The notes beneath the pieces are model-generated. The model did not search any database, was not told the origin of the DNA, and saw only the letters and a list, made by a program, of their open reading frames with translations. From positions 64,001 to 128,000 of the forward strand of contig CAWIMJ010000034.1 of the NCBI GenBank assembly GCA_963837175.1: a stretch of 64,000 nucleotides of DNA, read 5' to 3'. Shown here one piece after another: positions 1 to 11,223 of the stretch (positions within the stretch are counted from its first letter, which is position 1; every line of letters starts with the position of its first letter). Origin of the DNA: an uncultured Nitrososphaeraceae archaeon (GTDB taxonomy: Archaea; Thermoproteota; Nitrososphaeria; Nitrososphaerales; Nitrososphaeraceae). A program made the translations under genes and the position numbers.

Positions 1-104
1 TAGATTCCAATACAATTATTGATCCAACAATAGGCATATTTTCCAATAAAAAAATTTACCATTATTTGTCTTGTTATCAGTTATTTTAATTCCATCCATG
101 TAGA

Positions 105-1604
105 GTGGCTATAATAATAATCTTTAACTCTACTTCTTGCTTAACGCCACTGTTGATTGGTAATATAGATCGTTTGGTTGATTCCCAAATGTATAACCTT
201 GTCTTGGACCTTCAGAAATTAATTCGCCAGCCTAGCGTTTCTGCAAAAAATCATGGTTTGTTAGAGTGTGCGTATCTTGTCTTAACCGTAATGCAAAAAG
301 CAGGAATAAAGGCTCAAGTATTGCACCTCGAAAGTTCCAAAAATGCAGCTCCAATTGTTTATGGAGAGGTTAGATCAAGATCAAATCCAAGATCAAAGAC
401 AGTTTTATTTTACAATCATTATGATGTCCAGCCTGTAGAGCCCTATGAACTATGGAAAGGAGATCCATTCGGTGGAAATATCAAAGATAATAAAATTTTT
501 GGCAGGGATCTTCAGATGATAAAGGCGAGCTCATCACTAGAATAAAGGCAGTAGAGTACTTACTTAAAGAAACTGGAGATGTGCCTTGCAATATAAAATT
601 TGTTGTAGAAGGAGAAGAGGAAATCGGGAGTATTCATCTTGAAAAGTATCTTTCACAATTTGCCAAGAAATTTTCATGTGACGCGATTATCTGGGAATCT
701 GGATATATTGATGCAAAAGATCGACCTATTATAGGCCTTGGAACAAAAGGGATCTTATATGTAGAACTGATATCAAGAGGACCCTCTATCGATGTTCATT
801 CAAGTCTAGCAGTTTTAATAGAAAATCCTGCATGGCGTATCATAAAAGCAGTTAATACATTGTGGGATGATTCAAAAGCTCAGATCCTGATAAAAGACTG
901 GTATAAAGAAGTACGAGGATTTACTCCTGAGGAGCTCTCTTATTTTCAGACAGCCACTACCCTTTGATGAAGACGGATTCAAAAATAAATATGGCATAAA
1001 TAGACTCGTCGCAGATGCAAGAGGGACTAAAATCAATTTAGCGTTGATGGGAATGCCAACATGCAATATTTCTGGTATAACTTCTGGCTATACTGGTAAA
1101 GGTCTAAAAACAGTTATCCCTTCTATGGCCAAGGCAAAGATTGATTTTCGGCTTGTTCCAAATATGAGTCATGAAAAACAGTTTGAACTACTAAGAAATC
1201 ATCTTTATGAAAAAGGTTTCCAAGATATTACGGCAGTCTTTATTCATGGAGCATCATCGTCTAGAAGCCCACTGAATCATCCTTTTGTAATACAGATAAA
1301 GGAGTCTGCTATGAATAACTTTGGTGCTATGCCAGTTATTCATATGTCATCGTCTGGTGCAGGTCCCATGCACATATTTGTTAGGACATTTGGAGTTCCC
1401 TGTGTTTCTATTGGTTGCACTTACATATTTTCTAACATTCATTCTCATAATGAATATGCAAGAATGGACTTGTTGAATAGGACTACAAAATGGATCGCAA
1501 ATATAATTAAGAGATTTGCAAATTCTTATAACAAGTCGAAAATTGAATCGAGTGTCTTATCTGATTTGGTATCTGAAGAGTTAGGCATCTGGAAGAACTT
1601 TTAA
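105..1604 (+). pseudogene. M20 family peptidase/deacylase (ArgE/DapE-like), split into three ORFs by frameshifts
   Basis: Motifs YNHYDVQP, GR(G)..DDKGE (across the frameshift near 505), EGEEEIGS, DVHSS, DFRLVP and NIHSHNE lie in ORFs 105-545, 581-967 and 1044-1604. The shifts may be sequencing errors. Confidence 0.85.
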
Positions 1605-2273
1605 ATCATAGATAAGAAACAGCAGCAAGTAATGCATACTTAATCTCTATTACAATAATTCGACATACCAGCTTTTGGCTTACGTGTTACGATTACAATT
1701 ATGTATAATCATCTCCAAGTAGTTTATGTATCATATAAAGAATGATTGGTTTGCCTGGCTGATAGTTCCAGATTTCATTGTCATTAATAGAGTGACGATG
1801 AACTAGGAACCAAATTGGATAACAGGGAAGAAAACGTCTCGATCATAGAGCTGCTACGATAATGTTATGTGTATTACTTTTGTAGGTATATCGCTTTGTT
1901 TTTCACTCACAACAGAAGCTGAAGATAGTACTCTTACATTATAAGAGCTTGAACATGAAAATTTTGAAGAGAAAGTTCCAAATAATAAAGGAGTTTAATG
2001 ATATGGCCTGAAGGATTTGTATATGTAAGAAATCATACGTTTGAAGTAATTAGAACTATTTTAGCAATCAAGATAGATATTTATATATAATGATATACTG
2101 AAGAAAAGAACCGAAAGTAACAAACCATTCCGTATTTGGAAAAGCTATTTTTATCCAAGCACACGTTACAATCCAGGATAACATTAAATCTGCAATGTTT
2201 ATAACCATATTATAAAATCTGCTTTTTAATTGTGTAAATACACATAATTCAAAATCAAAATCAAAATCGTAAT

Positions 2274-3026
2274 CTAAGTTCTCAAGCTTGGTACATAATT
2301 TTCGTTAAGCCTTGACACAGGGATCCTTTTTCCGCCTACAATTTTTATGTCTATCAAGATCTTTCCTTCTTTGATATTTATGATATTGTAGGCATTCTCA
2401 AAGAATCCTCTATATCTGTTTGAGGATGCTGTTCCAGCATATGCTATTTCTAAAGGTCCGAAATTCCAGATCCATGGTCGGTGTTTATGACCACAAAGAA
2501 CTAGATTAATTCTAGATCTAATACAGGTTCTTAGTATATCTCCAGCATCAAGTATAGGTTTTTGATCACTGCCTGTATCTGGAATACTTACCAAATGGTG
2601 ATGCATTGCAATAATCTTTAGCTTATTATTGAAATACTTGTTTACATTCTTCTCCATCCACAAGTTCTGCAAATATCCTACTTCTCCTTCATCTCTATCT
2701 GGCCTAGCAGTAGTAATGGTGAACAATATTACATTGTCAAATTCATAGATTTGTTTTGGAGAAGGAAAGAATTTATTGAAAAGCAAATATCCAGTGTGAC
2801 GGAAGTCATGGTTACCCGGCAAGACTATTACATTAGAACAGTGAAACTTATTGACTTCAGCGCGTGCCCGTCGAAACTGGAATAACAAACCATCATCGGT
2901 AAGGTCACCTGTAATTATTATGACATCTGGCTTTATTATGCTGTTAACCTCATAAACTATATTATCAAAGATGTCCTGTTTGAAAAAGCCTCCTATATGA
3001 ATATCTGATAGATGAACCAGTTGCAT
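2274..3026 (-). CDS. Calcineurin-like metallophosphoesterase (Icc/CpdA-like)
   Basis: Motifs SDIH, TGDLTD, PGNHD, HHH and GHKH. Confidence 0.9.
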   Translation of the reverse strand: MQLVHLSDIHIGGFFKQDIFDNIVYEVNSIIKPDVIIITGDLTDDGLLFQFRRARAEVNKFHCSNVIVLPGNHDFRHTGYLLFNKFFPSPKQIYEFDNVILFTITTARPDRDEGEVGYLQNLWMEKNVNKYFNNKLKIIAMHHHLVSIPDTGSDQKPILDAGDILRTCIRSRINLVLCGHKHRPWIWNFGPLEIAYAGTASSNRYRGFFENAYNIINIKEGKILIDIKIVGGKRIPVSRLNENYVPSLRT

Positions 3027-3416
3027 AGCCGTTTTTAATAATTCACTTCAAATGTAATATTTAATGAATGTGCTACCTTTTTGATATCTCGCCTTCTTTT
3101 TTACGACTCATTAAATTTCTCTTATCTGATTTTAGTTTTTCAACATCGATATAATGAAAAGATGAAAAGTATCACTTATCGGATAGCTTAAGAGATGCTT
3201 TAACAAATAGTCATAAAGCCTTCCTGTAATTATTTTGTTAGTTTACCCAAAGAATACTTTTCGTATTTATTCTAATTTACAAGATCTACAAAGCGAGTTT
3301 TCAACGTTAAAGTTTGCAAAATCATGGTTTTAATACATTAAGATCACTTGGTGTGCTAACGAATTTTCTCGGCGCCGAGAAGATTCGTAAAAAAGAAGAC
3401 AAAAACTGTGCAACTC

Positions 3417-4286
3417 TTATAGCTTCCTCTTTTCTTTTAGCAATATATCAATTTGACCATGCAATATGTTTTTGTGTTGCATTAAGGTTTCATAAGCTAT
3501 CCAATTATCTTCAATTTCAGAAATGATTCCCCCAATTCTGTTTAAGGCAACCTTTAATGCAATAATAGATTTATCAAATGACCTTTGAGCTTTATGGTCG
3601 ATATCTACCATTTTGATGGCAGATAAGTAAGGTTCTTTGTTGTAATTGTAAGCTGAATTTTCCTTGAGATCTTTAACTAATTCACGTACTTTTCTTGAGG
3701 AAAAACGATTCTTTGATATTAATTGTGTTAGCTGAGATTGTTTATCCTTGTCGTCTAGAGATAACAATTCTTCTGCTACAGCTGTACTGATTGAAGAATT
3801 AGAAATTGAGTTCAGAACATCTAAAGGCAAATCTAGCAGTTTTATGCGCCTATGTACATAGCTCACACTCTTGCCTATTTTTGCAGATAGGTGAGAGATG
3901 CCACCCCAACCATGATCCATAATATAAGTTTTAAATGCCTGTGCTTCTTCTTTTGGATCTAATGTTTTTCTTTGTATATTTTCTATTAGTGAGATTTCAA
4001 ATGCTTCTTTATCATCAAGATCTAGTACATGGCAAATAATTTTTCTCCAACCTAGGCTTTTACATGCATGATATCTTCTATTGCCTGAAACAATTTCAAA
4101 ATATGACTCTTTCGTTCTTACAAGTATTGGTTGTAAAAGCCCTTTCTCCTTTATGGAGTCAGCAAGTTCGATAGAGGTATCATCACTCATATTACGAGAT
4201 AAATAAGAAGATCGTTTTATCCTAGAAAGGTCAATATCTTCTATTATGCCTAGTATCAAGGGAGAAGAAGAAAATAGTTTTGACAT
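3417..4286 (-). CDS. ParB/RepB/Spo0J family protein
   Basis: LADSIKEKGLLQPILVR, EIVSGNRRYHA and ENIQRKTLDP, followed by an HTH. Confidence 0.9.
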   Translation of the reverse strand: MSKLFSSSPLILGIIEDIDLSRIKRSSYLSRNMSDDTSIELADSIKEKGLLQPILVRTKESYFEIVSGNRRYHACKSLGWRKIICHVLDLDDKEAFEISLIENIQRKTLDPKEEAQAFKTYIMDHGWGGISHLSAKIGKSVSYVHRRIKLLDLPLDVLNSISNSSISTAVAEELLSLDDKDKQSQLTQLISKNRFSSRKVRELVKDLKENSAYNYNKEPYLSAIKMVDIDHKAQRSFDKSIIALKVALNRIGGIISEIEDNWIAYETLMQHKNILHGQIDILLKEKRKL

Positions 4287-4518
4287 CTTGGTAAAAAATA
4301 TGAATTATCTATTATATAAGAATATTCCAGTATTATTTATATTTTTTATAATATTTGTTGTCATTTCCTTTTTTCGTCATATCGCGAGCTCAATTCGATA
4401 TCTCAATACGCTCCCTTTTTAGAAATGGAGGCAAATGTTCTGATACTCTCTGGTGAAAGACCTGAGCAATATACATACGGTTCATTCAGCAGGAAGTATG
4501 TTGAAGAGGCTCTGTTAA

Positions 4519-4706
4519 CAGTTTTGTAAAGTAATGAATAGTGGTTTTCTGTAAAGTTGTAGTGGTCAATTAGAACTAGAAAAACTGAAAGCCCATAAAT
4601 ATGTTCTATTTTCTATACGATCAGCATATTATCAAGGTAGAATCTTCGTTTCATGACAACCACGGATGCTTTACATTAAATGACCACTGAGTTCTTTACA
4701 ATGCTG
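4519..4706. mobile_element. 188-bp MITE, copy 1, TTAA duplication
   Basis: Ends CAGTTTTGTAAAG and CTTTACAATGCTG, flanked by TTAA at 4515-4518 and 4707-4710. Confidence 0.85.
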
Positions 4707-4753
4707 TTAACTTAACAATAAAATCTATAGCTTCAGACACTCTATTTCTTGTA

Positions 4754-5362
4754 TTGATACTTACCAAAAGAAATAGGACGTCTGCAAAAGATATTGGTTA
4801 TGGTTTATATCTATATTATCTTGATCTTTCATATAGAAATACAGCAAAAGCATTATCCAGGTTTGTAAAACGAAGCCACGTTGCTGTCTGGAAATGGATT
4901 CAAAAATATAAACCTGAAAGAATATCATACAGACGAAGAAAAGTTTCTGAATTGGTAATTGATGAAACACAAATCAAAGTAGGCAATGAATACTTCTGGT
5001 TATGGGTTGCAATCGAACTTATCAACAAATCAATTCTTGATATTTATCTTTCAGCAGAAAGAAACATGTTTGTTGCACAGAATTTTATTCGAAATCTGGT
5101 AAACAAATATGGAAAGCATCCAGTTTCTACAGATGGTGGTACTTGGTATCCGTATGCTTGTAAATTCTTAAAATTAAGACATCATCTTCATTCTTCTTTC
5201 GAGAAAAGCATCATAGAGAGAACAATTCAATACATAAAAGACAGAATAGAAAATTTCGATGATTACTTTCCGTGTAGAAAGAAAAGGTGTAAACTAAATC
5301 ATGTTACCAGCTGGTTCAATGTATTTGTTGACTCATATAACACTAATGGTTCCTTAAGTTAA
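4754..5362 (+). CDS. IS6-family DDE transposase (DDE_Tnp_IS240-like)
   Basis: VIDETQIKVG, WLWVAIE, STDGGTWYP and IERTIQYIKDR. Confidence 0.92.
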   Translation: MILTKRNRTSAKDIGYGLYLYYLDLSYRNTAKALSRFVKRSHVAVWKWIQKYKPERISYRRRKVSELVIDETQIKVGNEYFWLWVAIELINKSILDIYLSAERNMFVAQNFIRNLVNKYGKHPVSTDGGTWYPYACKFLKLRHHLHSSFEKSIIERTIQYIKDRIENFDDYFPCRKKRCKLNHVTSWFNVFVDSYNTNGSLS

Positions 5363-5550
5363 CAGCATTGTAAAGAACTCAGTGGTCATTTAATGTAAAG
5401 CATCCGTGGTTGTCATGAAACGAAGATTCTACCTTGATAATATGCTGATTGTATAGAAAATAGAACATATTTATGGGCTTTCAGTTTTTCTAGTTCTAAT
5501 TGACCACTACAACTTTACAGAAAACCACTATTCATTACTTTACAAAACTG
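5363..5550. mobile_element. 188-bp MITE, copy 2, inverted relative to copy 1
   Basis: Reverse complement of 4519-4706 with one mismatch seen. TTAA at 5359-5362 and 5551-5554. Confidence 0.85.
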
Positions 5551-5841
5551 TTAACAGAGCCGTTGAAGATGTTCTAACCATTTTAGCCAATAAGATGAAA
5601 ATAGAATTATTTTATGCTATACTTTTACTTCAAGTGAAAAGATCCTCAAATATTCAGACTTATATTCTGATTGAAATTATATTGTTGATACAACTTATCA
5701 AGTTAAAACTATGTTAAGGAAAAAATGACATAGAACCTTGTAGCTCTAAACTACAGGATAATAGTCAGAAAGTGCATCAGCTTAAAAGAATAAGAAGAAC
5801 TATAGAACACTTAAAATTGAGATTAAAAAATTGAAAAGATT

Positions 5842-6264
5842 TTGGGTATCATTAATAGGAGGACAGAAAAATCTCTGATAGATCCTCAATTAAGAAGACA
5901 CAGAATCCTTCTTGTTGACGATGAATCCAATATGCTCTTAGCGATTAAACTTAGCCTAGTCAATAATGGATTTGATGTCGATACTTATGACAATCCAAGA
6001 TTAGCATTGATTAATTTTAAACCAAATTTTTATGAACTATTACTTACTAATATTAGAATGTCGGAGTTAAATGGATTAGAATTATATAAAAAGATTAAAA
6101 AAAAAGATTCTAGAATTAGGGTATGTTTTATTACTGCCTTTGTGGATTATTATAAATACATAGTAGAGAAGTTCAATTTGAACCTGCACTGTTTTATTCA
6201 AAAACCAATTACTATTGAAAAGTTAGTAAAGCATCTGGAGACAGAATTAGAGTCCTTGAGTTAA
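5842..6264 (+). CDS. Response regulator receiver-domain protein
   Basis: ILLVDDE, FITA and FIQKP. The phospho-acceptor region reads LLLTNIRM, with N where D is expected. Confidence 0.85.
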   Translation: MGIINRRTEKSLIDPQLRRHRILLVDDESNMLLAIKLSLVNNGFDVDTYDNPRLALINFKPNFYELLLTNIRMSELNGLELYKKIKKKDSRIRVCFITAFVDYYKYIVEKFNLNLHCFIQKPITIEKLVKHLETELESLS

Positions 6265-6512
6265 TTGGAATAGAAAGCTTTTATAAAAATTACATAATTA
6301 CATACTAGCTCGAATTAATTTATAAGAGCAGACGCAGACATATACACAATTGAAATTTTTTTGGATCTAGCAGATTCAATTTCTCATTGTGTTAGTTTTC
6401 TCTCTGCACGATAAGCGTGCAAAGCTTTTTTCTTCTGTCAACGTCTTTTGCTGATCTCTACCAAATCTATATGTTCTTTAATTTCATTAACCTCTTCCTT
6501 TTGCATTTCATT

Positions 6513-7373
6513 ATGCTATCTTTAGTAAAGAAGTACCACACAACAAAATTACGGCCTGAGGTCTTTGTATATATTGGTATTATTCTTATTTCTATTCCTA
6601 TTTTCACTATTCTATTAAGCAGTCCTATCACACCATCATCATTATTATTATTAGAATGGCTTACATCAGCATTTCACATTGTAAGTGCCTCAACTACTGC
6701 AGGTTTCCAATTCATAAGTATACCTTCAATATCATTCCAAGCAAAGATTCTATTGATAATACTTATGTTAGTTGGTGGAACGGCATTTTCTACTGCAGGC
6801 GGCATTAAAGTTGGAAGACTTTTACAAATTTTTCACAAACTCACAAAAAGAAAGACTTCAATAGATACTGCAAATAGATCAATATCTTCTGTATCTTCAC
6901 GATATAACAAATTATATATTAGCTACGAAGAGAGAGCAGAAAAACTAAGAGCAGATAAAACTTTTAGAGAATCTCTCCTTGTAATATTGTTATTTCTATT
7001 ACTATCTTTTATCACAGCTGCAATATTAAGCTATTTTGCTGAAAGAAACTTTATAGATTCTCTTTTTGAATCTGTTTCTGCTCTAACAACTACAGGAATA
7101 ACTACAGGAATAACTGCTCTTAATTTGGATTTGGTATCGAAGACTTTTCTTATAATAAATATGATTGTTGGAAGGTTCGAAATCATACCAATATTCTATA
7201 TATTCTTTGGAATATTAGAAAAATATAGCAAAGGAAAAGGTATAGCCTTTGACATCACCACATTCATTAGCAAGATTACAAAGCTTAAATTAAAGATGCA
7301 GAAAAAGAAAATATCAAATTTAAAGGATAGTATTAATGATCCAGATCGTTCTTGGAAAGATAAAAGAAGATAA
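6513..7373 (+). pseudogene. TrkH/KtrB potassium uptake membrane subunit, 5'-truncated
   Basis: SASTTAGF, GGTAFSTAGGIKVGR, FESVSALTTTG and MIVGRFE. Only the C-terminal half is present. Confidence 0.8.
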
Positions 7374-7742
7374 TTCTTGATAACCAACCAACAGAATATA
7401 AAGACTTATCCAGAATATTCCATTTGATAAGTATACATTACCTTGTATACAATATAAGGTTGTTCACTTGAGGCGTCTATCTCTCTTGAAGAGTTCTGCG
7501 GCGAATTTGGTATCGGTTTTTTGTCATCTGTAATTAGATACAGATTTTGCAATAGACCAAAGCGGTGGTGTTGATGGCAGCGAAGATGGAGCAGATGTAT
7601 ATTTACATGTAATACGAAAAAAATATAAAAAATATTATATTGTACTATATTTAGTCAATTTTTAATGTAATAAACCTTTTATACATCATTTTCTTGAAAT
7701 ACTTATATATAAAGTAAATAAAGCGATTACAAGCAGGATCAG

Positions 7743-8867
7743 ATGTATAGTCCGAAAAACGATAATGGACGTAAGCCGGAAACCTCTATTCCGCTTCAAG
7801 TTAGTTGCGGCTTTGATGGCGTTGGTCAAAATGTCTTGGTGAGCGAGACCGACTTGCGTGATGTAATTTCGACCAATGCCCTAGCTGACAAAACAAACTG
7901 GGTGGATGAAGCGTGCAAACTCATCTTTGAGTCAGCTGGTCCACGATCCGGATTCGGATTTCTACTCCGTTACTGGCTATCTCGTTATAGCGACATCCCA
8001 CCCGCGACTCTCCTAGCATTAATGGCCGCCGCGATTGATCCCCCTGTTACAGCTACCTTCTACAACTTCTTGAATCCAGCGCTTACCGACGACCACGATA
8101 TCGACACAGAAGCAGATAGTATACGAAAGACGCTTATGGCGTCGGTACAAGACCCTGGTCTAGCCAATCTTGATACCTTAATCAAAAATGCCCTAAAAAG
8201 TGCTCGGAAATCTCATTTACCTCATTTATACGAAACCAAATGGAGCGCTGTTTACGTAGTCTCAATCATTAGAGGCGCTGCGATTCAACTCCAACTAGAG
8301 GCCATGGTCGGAAATTCTCATGAGGGAAAGGACAAATTGCTCTTAGCTGACTCATATCATAGTAGATACGTGTATAAAGCATATTCTCGCCGATTCGGCC
8401 CCGACCCAAGGAACGGAACTTACCACGCATTTGAGACTCAAGAATACCAGCCGGAAAAAGGTGATATAATTATTCAGGATATGGAGGCAGACAACATCGA
8501 CGACGTGCTGAAATTTGCAGAGATCCCAACCCGCCTTCATCCTGAAAAAGGTGATGATCCACCTCATCATACGCATGGAGACCTCGTGGTAGGAGTACAT
8601 CCAAATCACGATTGCGTAATAACACTTGGCGGCAATTTAGGGAAAGCATTTGAGGGAAGCGTGAGACGTCGCGCATACCCGTTAGATGCTGACGGACGTC
8701 TAATCGTGGACAGTAAGAGATTCTTCAGTAATGAGCTAAATGATGGAACTCTGCCTCCGCTTTCTGACGCTGCTGGCCCCTTCCGCAATAGCACCGGTAA
8801 GATATTCGCGTTATTGAGACCTGTCGTGGAATGCCATGAGATTCCGGCTCAGAAGGTTGACGAATGA
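7743..8867 (+). CDS. DUF2272-like (CHAP/NlpC-P60-related) protein
   Basis: WSAVYV, P..GDIII, HTHGDLVV and ITLGGN..SV match the DUF2272 motif order. Visibly GC-richer than its flanks. Confidence 0.65.
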   Translation: MYSPKNDNGRKPETSIPLQVSCGFDGVGQNVLVSETDLRDVISTNALADKTNWVDEACKLIFESAGPRSGFGFLLRYWLSRYSDIPPATLLALMAAAIDPPVTATFYNFLNPALTDDHDIDTEADSIRKTLMASVQDPGLANLDTLIKNALKSARKSHLPHLYETKWSAVYVVSIIRGAAIQLQLEAMVGNSHEGKDKLLLADSYHSRYVYKAYSRRFGPDPRNGTYHAFETQEYQPEKGDIIIQDMEADNIDDVLKFAEIPTRLHPEKGDDPPHHTHGDLVVGVHPNHDCVITLGGNLGKAFEGSVRRRAYPLDADGRLIVDSKRFFSNELNDGTLPPLSDAAGPFRNSTGKIFALLRPVVECHEIPAQKVDE

Positions 8868-9066
8868 TTTGTAGCATAGTATGACTAGTTGAGTCACGAT
8901 TTGCTAAACCATCACGGCTTTTACTAGATTCTGGTCTCAGCATTTTTTGTACGAAATCCTTGAAGTATTTTAATAATAATGATACATATGCTATTCTAAA
9001 TTTACAACCTTATATCTAATGTATTTTAGATAAAAAATATAATAAAGATGGTAGAGTGTTATAAGT

Positions 9067-9350
9067 ATGTCCCATACCAATAAAATAGAAAGCTTTTCGG
9101 ATTTCTTGAGCTCAATTCGCACCGCAAAACCAGAGCTTTATTCGAAGAAAAAAAATTATAAGGTTATGAATGAAGATGCATTTACAGAAATGAGGGAGTA
9201 CCTATCAAGAACTACACTGCCTAACATAATTTCGTATATCTTTTAAAACCAAGTAAAAGGATTTTTTAAGCATAGTAAACCTTACATATTAAGAAAAATC
9301 TGTAAACGAACTTTTGTTAGTGAGTATAGTATCAGAGGGAGTTAGTTAGT
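9067..9350 (+). pseudogene. N-terminal gene stub (possibly neprosin-type propeptide) interrupted by a MITE
   Basis: MSHTNKIESFSDFLSSIRTAKPELY...AFTEMREYLSR reads in frame up to the MITE at 9215. Confidence 0.3.
9215..9326. mobile_element. 112-bp MITE, TA duplication (IS630/Tc1-like), copy 1
   Basis: Closely similar to 61074-61185 and to the reverse complement of 46009-46120. Imperfect TIRs, TA on both sides. Confidence 0.85.
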
Positions 9351-9509
9351 TGGTTAGCTAAGAAGAAGAAGGCACGTTAGCATCTCGAGATGCTAACGTC
9401 AATGGTGCTAATGGTGCTGATGCTGATGTTGTTGCTGTTGTTGTACTTCTTGTTGGTTTCTGCATATCGCTGATACTTTCCTCTTTAGGTCATTCCATAC
9501 ATTACTAGG

Positions 9510-9560
9510 TGTCGTACTTACAGACATAGGTAACAAATTCACCTACAGACATAGGTTACA
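9510..9560 (+). mobile_element. Isolated IS481-like transposon end
   Basis: Begins TGT and carries two copies of TACAGACATAGGT(A/T)ACA (9519-9535, 9544-9560). Confidence 0.45.
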
Positions 9561-9682
9561 CTTCTGCTAGGAATTGTATATCATATAGAAATAGAAACAA
9601 AGTTCAACCTAATTCATGAACATGGATGGTCTGGTATAACACCGTCATTAGTATTTGTAAAGAATGACCATTCATATCGAAA

Positions 9683-11223
9683 TGGTGCATGTGTCATACA
9701 TATGATTAGACATTATATTGGCAATGATGCTTTCAAAAAATCATTAAATATTTACCTTGACAAATATAAAAATAAGACAGCTGAAACCGACGGTCTTAGA
9801 CAAATCCTTGAGGTAGTATCAGGAAAGAATTTGCAGCCTTTTTTTAATCAATGGATTTACAAAGCAGGCCATCCTGAGCTTGAAATAGAATATGCTTTAG
9901 AAGAGGAAAAGGATTCTAAGAAATTAAAAATTAAAATAACACAAAAACAAGAGCAACAAGAACAAGAAGAAAGTAATGAATTTGTCTTTGAATTTCCATT
10001 AGAAGTACGAATAGTCTTTTCTAATGACAGTAATGATAAAAAACCAGAAATCATCCAGATATCTAAAAAATTAACTGATTACTTGTACAATATTCCAAAA
10101 TATGAAAACATAAAATGGATTTCAATAGATCGAGTTTAAGATATTAAAGCAAATAAAGTCTTTGAAGATAACAGAGGAAAAAGATAATTTTAAATTAAAA
10201 GAAATGCTTATAAATCAATTAAAAAGTGCTAAAACAGTAATTGGGAGAATACAAGCGGCTACTATTCTTCAAGATAAGAGATATTCTGATGAATATGTAA
10301 TAGATGTATTAAAAGATATAATTTTCAGTAACACATTTCATGGTGTATGTGTAATTGCTTACAAACACTCTTGGATCCTATGCTTCTTCTAAGGATGAGA
10401 ATATTAAATCTAAAGTATATCAGACTTTAAGTGCATTTTTTAGAAGAGATAATGAAGGAAAAAACTAACTCTATTCAACATTACGTCCACAGATTAGACA
10501 AACATTAGTCACTGCATTAGGACGGTTTGAAAAAGAAGAGTCACTTGATATACTGAAACCATTGTTATCAGAGCAGAGCTATTTTGTAGAACAACAGGCA
10601 GCAATTGCAATTGGCAGGAGTAGCAAAAATCTCTCATCAGATAATCAAAAGAAAAAGGGTGCGATTCAATTGTTAAAAGATCTTACAAATACTACTACAA
10701 CATTTCAAAATCTGCTAGCTAGAGGAGCTATTGATGGTCTTAGGGAATTTTCAAAAGATATAGATAAGCAAATTGTCGAAGTTGCAGATATCATAGTTAA
10801 TAAGAGTAATTATGGAAATGAGTATTGGATGAGACGTACTGCCACTTCTGCTTTGGGTAAATTTTTACGTAATAAGGATAAGAAAGTAAATAACAAAGTA
10901 TTTGATCAGTTAAAGAATTTACTAAAAGATAATAGATTTTTTTGCAAATAGATGTGTGTATATCATTTGTAGATCCTGATGCTGAGGTATTGAAACCTGA
11001 TGGAAAGTTACTAGAAGCGATTGAGGAGATAACATGGGTTGCTGAACATGACTTGGATGGCTGGGTAAGAAGAGAAGCAGAGGTAAGTCTAAATAAAATG
11101 AGAAAATGAATTAAAGATTGGTTGGAGAAACCTATGGATCTAATTCTTAAGATAAGAGAAGAAGAAAAGGACCTAGAAGAAAAAACAATACAAGCAAGAC
11201 GAAATCTTACGGAACTATATTGA
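9683..11223 (+). pseudogene. M1 aminopeptidase C-terminal half with HEAT repeats, fragmented
   Basis: GACVIHMIRHYIG.DAF..SL..YL, FFNQWIYKAGHPEL and HEAT-like repeats, with multiple frameshifts and stops. Confidence 0.8.

Larger units (their letters stand above)
4508..5561 (+). mobile_element. IS6-family element with an 8-bp target duplication; both TIRs interrupted by a MITE
   Basis: Ends GGCTCTGTTAA...TTAACAGAGCC. Direct repeat GTTGAAGA at 4500-4507 and 5562-5569. Confidence 0.92.

Noticed and set aside
3417-4286. ParABS partition locus
   Set aside because: No parA gene or parS-like repeat array seen nearby.
6417-6512. N-terminal extension of the TrkH ORF
   Set aside because: It is the antisense of an unrelated remnant (VNEIKEHID, also seen near 11750) fused at a deletion junction.
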